Positions 50,413-61,185 of a DNA stretch of 64,000 nucleotides are shown here, in pieces. Each line of letters begins with the position of its first letter. Positions within the stretch are counted from its first letter, which is position 1. This DNA comes from Obrimoposthia wandeli (taxonomy: Eukaryota): contig CDROCS010004896.1 of assembly GCA_977020255.1 (NCBI GenBank), positions 62,001-126,000 on the forward strand. Reading direction: 5' to 3'. The notes below the pieces were generated by a model. The model had not been told where the DNA came from and did no database searches. It saw only the letters and a program-made list of their open reading frames with translations. Made by a program: the position numbers and the translations under genes.

Positions 50413-52221
50413 ATGGACAGCACAAAAACGCCGATTAAGCTTCATATACCCAGCCCTACACAGCATCAGCTTTCTTTTTGCCAAGCGAATGTGGAAGGGA
50501 TTACTAACTGGGCTAAAAATCTTCCCATGGCCAATACAGGGGAAGCGGCTAGGCAGTTGTACCAAGCCATTCGCGAATTAAACCAATTACACGCGGACCC
50601 GTTATTACGCTTTAAACTTTTAGAAGTTATTCGTCCTTACATTTATTCAATCGGCACTTTGCTTGCCAAGCACTTTTTGCAATCTTCAGTATCACTGAAC
50701 GAACGTCAGCTTAAAATTGCTAACTTAAGCCAATCATTACAAACTCATTTAGCGACAGGTTATAAAATCGTTGTCGCCAACAGTCTTGTCGCTATTTCGC
50801 CCGTCGATAAGCCTTCAAAGATTGTTACCACGTCGATACATCGTGCCATTACCGATACGACCAGCACGATACTTAGAGCGTTTCAGCTTTACTGTCATCC
50901 TCCCGAGCGCTCCTGGTCTGAAATAAATCAGTTGTTCCTTTTGGCAGAGATGCGTCATCTAGAAAAATATAAGGTTAACGATACACAAAACCGTTACCTC
51001 AGTACGACAGACATCAGCTCCGCTTTTATCCGTGCGCATTTATTGGGCACCGCTAAGCCGAATAATTTACGCCAACAAGATCTCATTCAGCTTTATGATG
51101 CTAGTGAGCTTTGGGCTGATAGAGTAAGCATTACAAATTGCGATGATGAATCAGCACTTTTCATTATCAACCTGCATCGAGATCGTGTTGCTCAATACCG
51201 ACAACATTTACGTGATGAGCAGAAGCCTCTATTTCGCAGTTTAAATACTGAAGCATTGGTCGATGAACTAAAATCGTATGCCGCCAACCCTCAAGGTCCT
51301 AGTAGTATTACTGTGCCTGGAAAGCTTAGCGATAATTTATTGACCCATGCCATTCAAGCTTGGGGCATCCATTGGCAGCGTTCATTCCGTCGAATGCCAA
51401 CAGAGGGTAACCTTCGACTTTGCATTGGTTTGAGTGCTACGCATTATCATATCGCAGGCAAAAAAGATTTCGAGAGACTACAAATCGAATTACGCCCTAA
51501 AAATGACAATAACAGCAATGCTAAAAAAATAGATACCGGACATCGCTCCGACAATGATGTTTGGTCTGGTGCTTTTGATGCGGGTGGCTCCGTCATCCCT
51601 GAAAATACCAACATGGACATAGATGCCATTGATTTCATCAACAAGCACAAGAAAGAAGAGGATGAACACCTTACAGACCATGCCAAGCATCCCGCTCATG
51701 AAGTCAGTCTGATCAATACCAGCCCAGGAGGCTATTGCTTACAATGGGTAGGAGAACTACCTGCAAGCATTCAAGCGGGCGAAATACTGGGTATTCAAGA
51801 AGGTGGTGTTCGCCATTGGGCAATCGGGGTTATTCGTTGGATTCGTCACTTAGGAAAATCGGGGACGCAGTTAGGTATCGAACTCTTAGCGCCTAAAGCT
51901 GAAGCGGGTGCGGCACAACTATTACAAAAGACCGGGCAAAATGGCAGCTACATGCGCTCCCTATTACTGCCAGGCATTAAAGCTATCGCCCAACCTGCAA
52001 CGTTAATTTTACCCCGCATGCCATTTCGCACAGGGAACAAAATTGATGTATTACACCAGGAGACCCGGGGGCGACAGCAATTAACAAAGCGTATAATTTC
52101 TACTAATAGCTTCAGTCAGTTTCAATTTCGCAGCAGTGGCGTTAAGCCCAAGCCACAGGCCTTATTGCAAGATAGCGACTTAAAAGATGATGACTTTGAC
52201 TCACTTTGGACGAAATTATGA
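50413..52221 (+). CDS. fimW: FimW-like c-di-GMP receptor (helical N-terminus, PilZ-like C-terminus)
   Basis: LPMANTGEAARQLYQA N-terminus; PilZ-type RSFRR and NTSPGGY motifs; directly upstream of a FimX-like gene, as in Pseudomonas. Confidence 0.75.
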   Translation: MDSTKTPIKLHIPSPTQHQLSFCQANVEGITNWAKNLPMANTGEAARQLYQAIRELNQLHADPLLRFKLLEVIRPYIYSIGTLLAKHFLQSSVSLNERQLKIANLSQSLQTHLATGYKIVVANSLVAISPVDKPSKIVTTSIHRAITDTTSTILRAFQLYCHPPERSWSEINQLFLLAEMRHLEKYKVNDTQNRYLSTTDISSAFIRAHLLGTAKPNNLRQQDLIQLYDASELWADRVSITNCDDESALFIINLHRDRVAQYRQHLRDEQKPLFRSLNTEALVDELKSYAANPQGPSSITVPGKLSDNLLTHAIQAWGIHWQRSFRRMPTEGNLRLCIGLSATHYHIAGKKDFERLQIELRPKNDNNSNAKKIDTGHRSDNDVWSGAFDAGGSVIPENTNMDIDAIDFINKHKKEEDEHLTDHAKHPAHEVSLINTSPGGYCLQWVGELPASIQAGEILGIQEGGVRHWAIGVIRWIRHLGKSGTQLGIELLAPKAEAGAAQLLQKTGQNGSYMRSLLLPGIKAIAQPATLILPRMPFRTGNKIDVLHQETRGRQQLTKRIISTNSFSQFQFRSSGVKPKPQALLQDSDLKDDDFDSLWTKL

Positions 52222-52319
52222 CGTTTTCCGTCATTATGTGACCAAGATTACACATTTCCACCTGTTATTTAAGTCTAGCAACCTTATACTCAGCCCTCAT
52301 TGTACAAGAGTTCCATTAA

Positions 52320-54416
52320 ATGCCTTCTAGTAGTAGCCGAGATACACTTCATTTATTGCTATTGACCCACAAACAAAGTGACGCAGAAGGCTTAGTTAGT
52401 TTATTGCGAAACTCTGGGCGAGCGACTCGTGCTCACATGGTTTCCTCTCTAGACGACTTTAGAATTCAAATTCAAGATAAAACTTGGGATCTCGTTCTAG
52501 CAGAACCCAAGGCTCAGGACATAGATCCTAAAGAATTATTTAACCAGATCAAACGTCTCGATAAAGATTTACCCGTCGTCATGTTGGCGGAGGACGTTGA
52601 TCCAATGCAGCTAGAGTTTTATTTAAAGCTAGGTGCATGCGACGTTGTTCCTGAGGATGAAAGTAATTTACTTTCCATGGTCATACAGCGCGAACTCACT
52701 AACCTCGAGAGCCGCCGTACCCTTCGTACGACTCAAGTAAAGTTACGAGATGCCGAAAAGCGCTGCCAAGCATTATTAGAAAGCTCAAAAGATGCAATAA
52801 CCTATATTCACGATGGTATGCATATTTACGCTAACCAGGCCTATTTAGAGCTATTTGGTTATGAGAACGTAGATGATCTTGAAGGTATGCCCGTCATGGA
52901 CATGGTCGCCAATAGTGATCAGGACAATCTAAAAAAATCGTTAAAAGGCTTTTTAATGGCCGGTGGCAATCTTGATCTAAAATATAACGGCCTAAAAACG
53001 GACGATACCGAGTTCCCAATTACCATGTCTTTATCGTCGGCAACCTATGCTGATGAATCTTGTACTCAGATTGTTATCCGAGCCAAGTCAGACAGTTCAG
53101 ACCTCGAAGCCAAACTAAAAGAGATTAGCAGCCGTGATTTACTAACCGGTCTCTACAATAAACCTTACTTCATGCAGAGCCTAGAATCTGCGGTTGACCG
53201 TGCTGTTTTAAAAGGCAGTTTGGGAGCAGCGATGTATATCAACATCGATCGCTATGGCAAAGTTAAGTCGCAAGTCGGTATTAACAATGCGGATACCGTT
53301 CTATTTGCCGTCGCAGATTACTTAAAGTCCGCAATCAAGCCTGAAGATACTCTCGCCCGCATAGGGGAAGACATATACGCTTGGATTCGACCAAACATAA
53401 ATGCTGAAGAAGCCTTGCTCGTAGCGGAGAAATTCCGCGATGGTATTGAGCATTTGATCATCGATGCTAATTCGCAAACCATTACTATTACAGCAAGCAT
53501 TGGGGTCGCACTCATTAATGATAGTTGCAGTGAACCTGGAGACATTCTTCAAAGATCTCACCAGGCAGCAGATGCTGTTCGACACGATGAGGGGCATGAA
53601 AAGGGCAACGGTATTCACCTCTATGTTGCGGAAGAAGCCGCCGCTGAAAACACCGATATTAGTATTGAAAAACTAGTTATTGACGCCCTAAAGACAAGTA
53701 AATTTAGTTTACTGTTCCAGCCGCTGATTAACCTAAAAGGCGATGAACAAGAACACTATGAAACGTTATTGCGCTTACCTCAAGCCAATGGCGAAGAACT
53801 TTCTGCTGGAGAATTCTTAAACGGCTCGGTCATTCATGAGGACTTAAAACGTAAAATTGATCGCTGGGTGATTTTACATGCCACTAAACTACTGAGCGAG
53901 CATCGCCAACAGAATCTAAAAACTCGAATATTTGTTAATTTAAGTGCAGCCTCACTAATGGATAAGACCTTAGTAAGCTGGATTGGTGTCGCATTAAATG
54001 CCGCCAAGCTCGATAGTGACTCGGTCATATTCCAGTTTAATGAAGAGGATGCGACTAAGTTCTTAACTCAAGCTCAAGAGTTTACCGCCAATCTAAAAGC
54101 CAGCAACTATGCTTGTTCTTTGTCACGTTTTGGCTGTTCATTAAAGCCGTTTCAAACGCTAAAGCACTTGACTCTAGATTACGTGAAAGTTGATGGTTCT
54201 TTTACTCATGAACTGAATAAACCAGAATCTCTAGAAACCTTGAAGCAGGTTCTCGCGGACTTACATGAGCAAGAACTGAGAACAATTGTCCCGCTAGTTG
54301 AATCAGCCTCAGCCGTCGCCTCATTATGGCAACTTGGCACTCACTTCATTCAAGGTTATTACGTCCAGACGCCTCAATCAGGTATGGCATACAATTTCTC
54401 TGACGACGACGAATAG
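52320..54416 (+). CDS. fimX: FimX-like REC-PAS-degenerate GGDEF-EAL protein
   Basis: Pseudo-REC, PAS (HIYANQAYLELFGY), GGDEF as GEDIY, EAL as ETLLRL, DDFG as SRFG. Confidence 0.8.
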   Translation: MPSSSSRDTLHLLLLTHKQSDAEGLVSLLRNSGRATRAHMVSSLDDFRIQIQDKTWDLVLAEPKAQDIDPKELFNQIKRLDKDLPVVMLAEDVDPMQLEFYLKLGACDVVPEDESNLLSMVIQRELTNLESRRTLRTTQVKLRDAEKRCQALLESSKDAITYIHDGMHIYANQAYLELFGYENVDDLEGMPVMDMVANSDQDNLKKSLKGFLMAGGNLDLKYNGLKTDDTEFPITMSLSSATYADESCTQIVIRAKSDSSDLEAKLKEISSRDLLTGLYNKPYFMQSLESAVDRAVLKGSLGAAMYINIDRYGKVKSQVGINNADTVLFAVADYLKSAIKPEDTLARIGEDIYAWIRPNINAEEALLVAEKFRDGIEHLIIDANSQTITITASIGVALINDSCSEPGDILQRSHQAADAVRHDEGHEKGNGIHLYVAEEAAAENTDISIEKLVIDALKTSKFSLLFQPLINLKGDEQEHYETLLRLPQANGEELSAGEFLNGSVIHEDLKRKIDRWVILHATKLLSEHRQQNLKTRIFVNLSAASLMDKTLVSWIGVALNAAKLDSDSVIFQFNEEDATKFLTQAQEFTANLKASNYACSLSRFGCSLKPFQTLKHLTLDYVKVDGSFTHELNKPESLETLKQVLADLHEQELRTIVPLVESASAVASLWQLGTHFIQGYYVQTPQSGMAYNFSDDDE

Positions 54417-54536
54417 ACCCTACTGCGCTTTGTACTGATTACAGAGCGCAATTCTGCTACAATTCTTGCAAACTATCTTAACCTTATTATTGATTAGAGC
54501 CGTGTACTTCGGCTCTCAACAAGTGAGACTTTGCAA

Positions 54537-56372
54537 ATGCCTGTATATCGCAGTAAAACCTCCACTGCTGGCCGTAATATGGCTGGCGCTCGTGCTCTTT
54601 GGCGTGCCACTGGTATGAAAGACGATGATTTTTCTAAGCCAATCATCGCCGTATCAAACAGCTTCACTCAGTTTGTTCCAGGACATGTTCATTTAAAAGA
54701 CATGGGCCAGCTTGTTGCACGTGAAATCGAAAAAGCCGGCGGCGTCGCCAAAGAATTCAATACCATTGCTGTTGATGACGGCATTGCGATGGGTCACGAC
54801 GGTATGCTTTACAGCTTGCCAAGCCGTGAGTTGATTGCCGATTCTGTTGAATACATGGTTAACGCTCACTGCGCTGATGCCATCGTTTGTATCTCCAACT
54901 GCGACAAAATTACTCCAGGAATGTTATTGGCGTCTTTACGCTTAAACATCCCTGTTATCTTCGTCTCTGGCGGACCGATGGAAGCGGGTAAAACTAAGCT
55001 TTCTGAGCATAAGCTAGATCTAGTTGATGCCATGGTAATCGCCGCTGACGATACCGCTAGTGACGAGAAAGTTGCTGAATACGAGCGTAGTGCTTGCCCT
55101 ACCTGTGGTTCTTGCTCGGGTATGTTCACTGCCAACTCTATGAACTGCCTAATGGAAGCTCTGGGTCTTGCGCTACCTGGCAATGGTTCTCTTCTTGCAA
55201 CTCACAGCGATCGTGAACAGCTTTTCTTAAAAGCGGGCCGTCAGATTGTTGAAAACGCTAAGCGTTATTATGAAGAAGATGATTATTCTGTATTGCCACG
55301 CTCAATCGCTAACTTTAAAGCGTTTGAAAATGCGATGACCTTAGATATTGTGATGGGTGGCTCTACTAATACCATTCTTCACTTGTTAGCAGCCGCACAA
55401 GAAGCAGAATTAGATTTTGATTTGAAAGACATCGATCGTCTTTCTCGAAATGTTCCTCAGCTATGTAAAGTTGCCCCTAACTCGCCGCTTTATCACATGG
55501 AAGATGTACACCGTGCAGGTGGCATCATGGCTATTTTGGGCGAAATTGATCGTGCAGGTTTGTTGCATAACGAACTGCCAACCGTTCATAGCGCTTCGAT
55601 GAAAGACGCCCTTGATAAATGGGACATCATGCGTAACCCAACGCCTGAAGTAATTGAGTTCTACAAAGCAGGCCCTGCAGGTATTCCAACACAAACAGCC
55701 TTCAGCCAAAGCACTCGCTACCCATCCGTTGATGGCGATCGTGAAAATGGTTGTATCCGTAATCTTGATAACGCTTATTCATTAGAAGGTGGCTTAGCCG
55801 TACTTTATGGCAACATCGCCCTTGATGGCTGTGTTGTTAAGACTGCTGGCGTAGATGAATCTATTCACGTTTTCCACGGTAAAGCGAAAATCTTTGAATC
55901 TCAAGATAGTGCTGTTGCCGGTATTCTTGCGGATGAAGTAAAAGAAGGTGACATCGTCATCATTCGTTACGAAGGTCCTAAAGGCGGCCCAGGTATGCAA
56001 GAAATGCTATACCCAACGTCTTATTTGAAGTCCAAAGGCTTAGGTGCCGCGTGCGCCTTATTAACCGACGGTCGTTTCTCTGGTGGTACTTCTGGTCTAT
56101 CGATTGGTCACTGCTCTCCAGAAGCTGCTTCTGGTGGTGCGATTGGTTTATTGGAAGAAGGTGATGAGATTATCATTGATATTCCAAACCGTGGCATCAA
56201 TGTTCAGCTAACGGATGAAGAGCTTGCAACACGTCGTATTGCACAAGATGCAAAGGGCTGGAAGCCTGTCAATGAGCGCCCACGTAAAGTGAGCACCGCA
56301 TTGAAAATCTACGCAAAGTTCGCAACCAGTGCCGATAAAGGCGCGGTTCGTGATCTGAGTTTATTAGACTAA
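54537..56372 (+). CDS. ilvD: Dihydroxy-acid dehydratase
   Basis: [42 protein letters not shown] and [10 protein letters not shown]. Confidence 0.99.
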   Translation: MPVYRSKTSTAGRNMAGARALWRATGMKDDDFSKPIIAVSNSFTQFVPGHVHLKDMGQLVAREIEKAGGVAKEFNTIAVDDGIAMGHDGMLYSLPSRELIADSVEYMVNAHCADAIVCISNCDKITPGMLLASLRLNIPVIFVSGGPMEAGKTKLSEHKLDLVDAMVIAADDTASDEKVAEYERSACPTCGSCSGMFTANSMNCLMEALGLALPGNGSLLATHSDREQLFLKAGRQIVENAKRYYEEDDYSVLPRSIANFKAFENAMTLDIVMGGSTNTILHLLAAAQEAELDFDLKDIDRLSRNVPQLCKVAPNSPLYHMEDVHRAGGIMAILGEIDRAGLLHNELPTVHSASMKDALDKWDIMRNPTPEVIEFYKAGPAGIPTQTAFSQSTRYPSVDGDRENGCIRNLDNAYSLEGGLAVLYGNIALDGCVVKTAGVDESIHVFHGKAKIFESQDSAVAGILADEVKEGDIVIIRYEGPKGGPGMQEMLYPTSYLKSKGLGAACALLTDGRFSGGTSGLSIGHCSPEAASGGAIGLLEEGDEIIIDIPNRGINVQLTDEELATRRIAQDAKGWKPVNERPRKVSTALKIYAKFATSADKGAVRDLSLLD

Positions 56373-56444
56373 TTATTAGTTAGCCTACAGTGTGCATGAC
56401 TTCTAGGATTGCACACTTATTAGTAGTTTTCACAAGGAAGCAAA

Positions 56445-57704
56445 ATGTTTCGTACATTATTAATCACGATGATGCTATCTGCCCTATTCATCTCGACAGG
56501 TTGCGCAAGTAAACGCCTCACACAGAACGATAATTTTGATAAAACAACTTTAGATAAAGCTTCTGAATTTTTAGGTGACTCAGAACGAGCATTGGTAGAA
56601 GCGGAAGTAAAATATGAAGCGGCTATTAATGCCGATATGAATTTTTATGCTCCATTACATATGGAAGAAGTTTCTGCTGCTTTAGCTCTAGCCAAAGAAT
56701 CAGAACTTAAAGGTTTACAAAGTGAGAGTATTATCGCTTCTGCGAAAGTAATTACGTTAATACAACTTGCTGAAAAGAATAAAGAAAAAGTCCAAATTTT
56801 ATTGAAACCATTATTACAACAAAAAGAAATTCTAGAACAGATTAACAGCCCAAAAGTTTTACCTGATCAATACAATGATACATTAGAAGATATCACTGAT
56901 TTAATTACTAAAATTGAGGAGGGAAAAGAAAGTATAACTCCAGCCGACATAACTCCAATTTTAGAAGATTTACAGAAAATTGAACTGGATACTCAACTAG
57001 AAATTCATTGGCAGCCTGCCAAGAATACTTTGGATAAAGCAGAGAACGAAGACGCGGATGAAAACGCACCAAAAAGTTTTATCATAGCTGAAGAGCTTGT
57101 TGAGCAAACTGAAAAAGATATTCGCGCCCAATACAAAAATCGTTCGCTCGTAAGTGAAAAAGGTTTAGCTGCGTTGAGATCATCACAGCATGCTTTGTAT
57201 GTTGCTCGTGACGCTGAACAGTTAGTGAATCTTAATCAACAGCACTCTGAAAATGCTGTATTAAAATTCGAATCTTTATTAGCTCAAATAGGTGGTACTT
57301 TAAAAGCCGAAGACCTTCGTCATATGGCTCTACAAGATCAGGCAACTGCTTTAGCTCAATATGCCGAAACACAAGCAAGTCGATTAATTGCTCCTCTTCA
57401 AAAGCGGATTTCTGAATTAGAGGCTCAATTTGAAACGCCTAAAGTTTCTGATACGCCCGAAGTAGTTGATACACCTGAAGTAGTTGAGACACCTGAAGTA
57501 GTTGAGACACCTGAAGTAGTTGAGACACCTGAAGTAGTTGAGACACCTGAAGTAGTTGAGACACCTGAAGTAGTTGAGACACCTGAAGTAGTTGAGACAC
57601 CTGAAGTAGTTGAGACACCTGAAGTAGTTGAGACACCTGAAGTAGTTGAGACACCTGAAGTAGTTGAGACACCTGAAGTAGTTGAGACACCTGAAGTGGG
57701 TTGA
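56445..57704 (+). CDS. Helical lipoprotein with acidic C-terminal (ETPEVV)n tail
   Basis: Lipobox STGC, coiled-coil body, tandem repeat tail; the true stop may be TAA at 57805-57807. Confidence 0.75.
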   Translation: MFRTLLITMMLSALFISTGCASKRLTQNDNFDKTTLDKASEFLGDSERALVEAEVKYEAAINADMNFYAPLHMEEVSAALALAKESELKGLQSESIIASAKVITLIQLAEKNKEKVQILLKPLLQQKEILEQINSPKVLPDQYNDTLEDITDLITKIEEGKESITPADITPILEDLQKIELDTQLEIHWQPAKNTLDKAENEDADENAPKSFIIAEELVEQTEKDIRAQYKNRSLVSEKGLAALRSSQHALYVARDAEQLVNLNQQHSENAVLKFESLLAQIGGTLKAEDLRHMALQDQATALAQYAETQASRLIAPLQKRISELEAQFETPKVSDTPEVVDTPEVVETPEVVETPEVVETPEVVETPEVVETPEVVETPEVVETPEVVETPEVVETPEVVETPEVVETPEVVETPEVG

Positions 57705-57780
57705 GACTTACCTGAAGTAGTTGATACTGGAAGTAGTTAGGGGCTGAGAGTTGGGGCACCCTGAAGTAGTTGAGACACCT
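57432..57780 (+). repeat. 18-bp coding tandem repeat GAGACACCTGAAGTAGTT
   Basis: Three diverged leading units, 11 perfect units (57486-57683), then indel-damaged units up to about 57780. Confidence 0.97.
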
Positions 57781-57847
57781 CCGCTGGAGTCGCCTGCCGA
57801 AGATTAAATACCTATAGCAGGGTCTTTTATAAAATAGACTCTGCTAA

Positions 57848-59101
57848 TTAATCATCTCCTATCACCATATTTCGCCCAGCCTCTTTCGCTCGGTACAGAT
57901 ACTCATCAGCGGTATTTAACATAGCATTAAGTGTCTCTTGCTTAATATTCGTTACGCCAGCACTAAATGCAATACGCACAAAGTCCTCGTCATTAACATC
58001 TATGATTTGAGCGGCTAAGTGCTGCTTGAAGCCATCGATTAAGTTCACCACTTTACTATTGCTTAACCCAGGTACAATAATACAAAACTCCTCCCCTCCA
58101 ATACGGGCCACTAGAAAACGACCTAATATATTCTCTAGCTCACGAGAGAAAAATTTAAGTACTTCATCGCCCGCTTCATGACCGTACTCATCATTAACCG
58201 ATTTGAAATAGTCGAGATCAATTGCAACTACCGATATTTCAGTGTCATTTTTGACTGCCTGCTTTAATAGTTTATCGCCTTCCTCACAGAAATAGCGGCG
58301 ATTATAAAGTGAGGTTAAATAATCCCGATTGGCCAGTTCTTGGATTCTATTCATCTGCTCTAACGATTCTATGTTGTTCGTTATACGACAATAAAACTCT
58401 TCTTGCTGAAAGGGTTTATTAAGAAAATCATCGGCACCATTTTTAATGAATTTAATGGACAGTAGACCTCCATCTTCTCCCGACAAACCAATAATAATCA
58501 TTTCAGCTTTTTCATATTGACGACGAATAGCCTGTACCAATTCAAAGCCATCCATTTCAGGCATATTGTAATCGGTTATAACCATTTTTATGTCTGGATG
58601 CTGTTGCAGCTGTGCCATAGCCTCAATGCCATTCTCAGCTTCCAGTACTTGATATTTATGAGCCACGAGTAAGCGCACTATATGATTACGATACTGCTTG
58701 GAATCTTCGACAACCAGAACCTGAATAGTCTGGTTTTTATATAAACGGTTAATCATGTTAATCGCGTATCGATATGAGTAACGACTCTCTTTTACAACAT
58801 AATCTACCACACCTTTCTTAACTAAAGCCTCACGTCGTTTTTCATCGTAGCTTCCGGTTAATACAATTACAGGGAAGCCTTCCGTCAATAAGAAATCAAC
58901 CATTTCTCCGTTGGGCGCATCAGGCAAGGCTAGGTCGATAATCCCCGCAAAGAGTTCATCTTTATGCTTTTCATAAAGTTCTTTGGCCTGCGCCATAGAT
59001 GTTGCGAAGAGAGGCTCTAGCTCGAGAGATTGCTTCGCTAAGTGTTTTAATACTCTTAAAATAACCGAACTGTCTTCAACAATGAGCACTTTGTTTTTCA
59101 T
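57848..59101 (-). CDS. Diguanylate cyclase response regulator (REC-REC-GGDEF)
   Basis: Two receiver domains (IIDLALPD; ITDYNMPEMDG), DYLTSLYNRR, DLDYFKSVNDEYGHEAGD and intact GGEEF. Confidence 0.93.
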   Translation of the reverse strand: MKNKVLIVEDSSVILRVLKHLAKQSLELEPLFATSMAQAKELYEKHKDELFAGIIDLALPDAPNGEMVDFLLTEGFPVIVLTGSYDEKRREALVKKGVVDYVVKESRYSYRYAINMINRLYKNQTIQVLVVEDSKQYRNHIVRLLVAHKYQVLEAENGIEAMAQLQQHPDIKMVITDYNMPEMDGFELVQAIRRQYEKAEMIIIGLSGEDGGLLSIKFIKNGADDFLNKPFQQEEFYCRITNNIESLEQMNRIQELANRDYLTSLYNRRYFCEEGDKLLKQAVKNDTEISVVAIDLDYFKSVNDEYGHEAGDEVLKFFSRELENILGRFLVARIGGEEFCIIVPGLSNSKVVNLIDGFKQHLAAQIIDVNDEDFVRIAFSAGVTNIKQETLNAMLNTADEYLYRAKEAGRNMVIGDD

Positions 59102-59203
59102 AGGGGCTTCTCACCAATACTTTCAGCAGACCAATACTGAAAGTATAGGTCAACTGATAGAATTCGACGGTAAGAATTGTAAGCGGAATAAATGCTGAAA
59201 GAA

Positions 59204-59611
59204 TCAGCTCTGCACTAAGGCTTTAACCTTCTCTTCGATAATTGAGCGTATTTCACGAAAGCGCTCAGGCGCTTCATTTTTCGGATCAGGGATACCCCAA
59301 TCTTCGCGTTTATCTGCGACGATCATAGGGCATTCATCGCCACAGCCCATGGTAATTGCGTAATCGAAATGCATACCATCAAACTCAGAAAGAGGCTTCG
59401 AATCATGAACAGATAAGTCATATCCTAACTCAGACATAAATTCGATCGCCCTAGGATTAACCTTGCCTGAAGGTTTACTACCTGAGCTATATACCTCTAG
59501 CGCTTCAGTACCATGTAGCTTACCAAACGCTTCTGCCATCTGGCTTCGGCAAGAGTTTTCGACACACACAAATATTACTTTTTTCATCAATTTATTCATA
59601 CTCTTTCCCAT
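59204..59611 (-). CDS. arsC: Arsenate reductase, LMW-PTPase/thioredoxin type
   Basis: CVENSCRSQMAE P-loop and ITMGCGDECP; in an ars operon; start may be a later Met. Confidence 0.92.
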   Translation of the reverse strand: MGKSMNKLMKKVIFVCVENSCRSQMAEAFGKLHGTEALEVYSSGSKPSGKVNPRAIEFMSELGYDLSVHDSKPLSEFDGMHFDYAITMGCGDECPMIVADKREDWGIPDPKNEAPERFREIRSIIEEKVKALVQS

Positions 59612-60696
59612 TACTGGGCTCCTTGTACTCGTTGCTCAAATAACGGACGAGTCCTATTCACTAACGCAACCAGTGACAACATAACAGGGACTTCAACCAA
59701 CACTCCAACCACCGTTGCTAATGCCGCACCAGAATGTAAACCAAAAATACTAATCGCAACGGCAACAGCCAACTCAAAGAAATTCGATGTGCCTATCATG
59801 CAAGCAGGTGCGGCAATAGAATGCGGTAGGCGCCATAAATAAGCCCAACCATAGGCAATGGCAAAAATACCATACGTTTGGATCAATAAAGGAATAGCGA
59901 TTAAAAAAATCGCGAGCGGTTTTTGCAGAATGGTTTCAGCTTGAAAGCCAAATAATAAAACAACAGTCGCCAACAAACCGATGATAGACCAAGGCTTTAA
60001 CATCCCCACAAAAGCAGCCAGTTTCTGCTCACCTAGCTGATGTCCTACTTCTTCCTGCTGATGTGCCTGTTCTTTATTTGCACTATTAGCGAGTATTAAC
60101 GACCGCGTTAGAATGCCTGCTACTAAGGGTAAAACAACATATAACAGCGTCGATAGCAGCAAAGTCATCCACGGGACTTCGATATCACTAACCCCTAATA
60201 ACAAACCCGCAATCGGTGCAAACGCAAAGATCATAATCACGTCATTCACCGAGACTTGAACCAAGGTATAATTAGCATCGCCTTTCGTCAGCTGACTCCA
60301 AACAAAAACCATTGCGGTACACGGTGCGACACCCAATAAAATCATGCCGGCAATGTATTGCTGAGCATCTTCTGGAGATACCCAGTCTGCAAATAAACCT
60401 TCAAAAAATAACCAGCCTAATCCAGCCATCGTGAAGGGCTTAACTAACCAGTTAATAACCAAGGTTAATACTAAGCCTTTCGGTTTTTTCCCTACATCTT
60501 TGATCGCTGAAAAATCGACCTGAATCATCATGGGATAAATCATTAACCAAATTAATACAGCGACTACAATATTGACGTGCTCAAATTCAATACCCGCAAT
60601 AATAGAAAATACTTCAGCAAACTGCGTTCCAAGAAGAATCCCAGCAATAATGCTCAGTAGAACCCATACCGATAAATAACGCTCAAATAAACCCAT
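59611..60696 (-). CDS. acr3: Acr3 family arsenite efflux transporter
   Basis: [35 protein letters not shown] and [12 protein letters not shown]. Confidence 0.96.
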   Translation of the reverse strand: MGLFERYLSVWVLLSIIAGILLGTQFAEVFSIIAGIEFEHVNIVVAVLIWLMIYPMMIQVDFSAIKDVGKKPKGLVLTLVINWLVKPFTMAGLGWLFFEGLFADWVSPEDAQQYIAGMILLGVAPCTAMVFVWSQLTKGDANYTLVQVSVNDVIMIFAFAPIAGLLLGVSDIEVPWMTLLLSTLLYVVLPLVAGILTRSLILANSANKEQAHQQEEVGHQLGEQKLAAFVGMLKPWSIIGLLATVVLLFGFQAETILQKPLAIFLIAIPLLIQTYGIFAIAYGWAYLWRLPHSIAAPACMIGTSNFFELAVAVAISIFGLHSGAALATVVGVLVEVPVMLSLVALVNRTRPLFEQRVQGAQ

Positions 60697-60759
60697 GATT
60701 TTTCCTAATTGTTACAGTTTTATATATTGAAGAAATACAAGAATATGTATTAATAGCGC

Positions 60760-61098
60760 TTAACAACACTGAGCTACTCGCTCTGGGCGGTCACCCATAT
60801 TGCTTAAACGAAGACTCAAATCGGTAAGATCTTGCTGAAGTGAAGCTTGCTCAAGAATACTTATTACCCAACTTCCAAGTTTTGAAGAAAGTCGGTAATA
60901 GATCCATTGCCCACGACGTTCAGCCTCTAACAACTCAGCTTCACGTAAGAGCGCTAGATGGCGAGATATTTTAGGCTGACTTAGTTCAAGTGCAGCCATA
61001 AGTTCGCAAACGCACAGTTCCTGCTCTTGCTGAATAAGAAGAATGCATTGCAAACGAGTAAGGTCACTAAGGGCTTTAAATAACTCAATAGGAGGCAT
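60760..61098 (-). CDS. arsR: ArsR family As(III)-responsive repressor
   Basis: FKALSDLTRL, ELCVCEL (metal-binding Cys), SQPKISRHLA and RRGQWIYYRL. Confidence 0.95.
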   Translation of the reverse strand: MPPIELFKALSDLTRLQCILLIQQEQELCVCELMAALELSQPKISRHLALLREAELLEAERRGQWIYYRLSSKLGSWVISILEQASLQQDLTDLSLRLSNMGDRPERVAQCC

Positions 61099-61115
61099 AT
61101 CTAGTCGTACTAATC

Positions 61116-61151
61116 ATATATGGAAAACCGAATATACGCTTTTCCATATAT
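61116..61151. promoter_or_regulatory. Probable ArsR operator
   Basis: Perfect 12-bp inverted repeat ATATATGGAAAA-N12-TTTTCCATATAT, 18 nt upstream of the arsR start. Confidence 0.6.
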
Positions 61152-61185
61152 ACTTCAAGTAATAGTAGAACAGTTTTAGACGATA

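Noticed and set aside
57439-57759. Antisense (QLLQVS)n ORF
   Set aside because: A by-product of the stop-free reverse frame of the 18-bp repeat; no RBS or non-repeat domain.
57432-57780. Tandem array as a CRISPR
   Set aside because: Units abut with no unique spacers, keep the reading frame, and no cas genes are present.
59204-61098. ars operon as a resistance island or transposon cargo
   Set aside because: An ordinary three-gene operon with no flanking IS, repeats or integrase.
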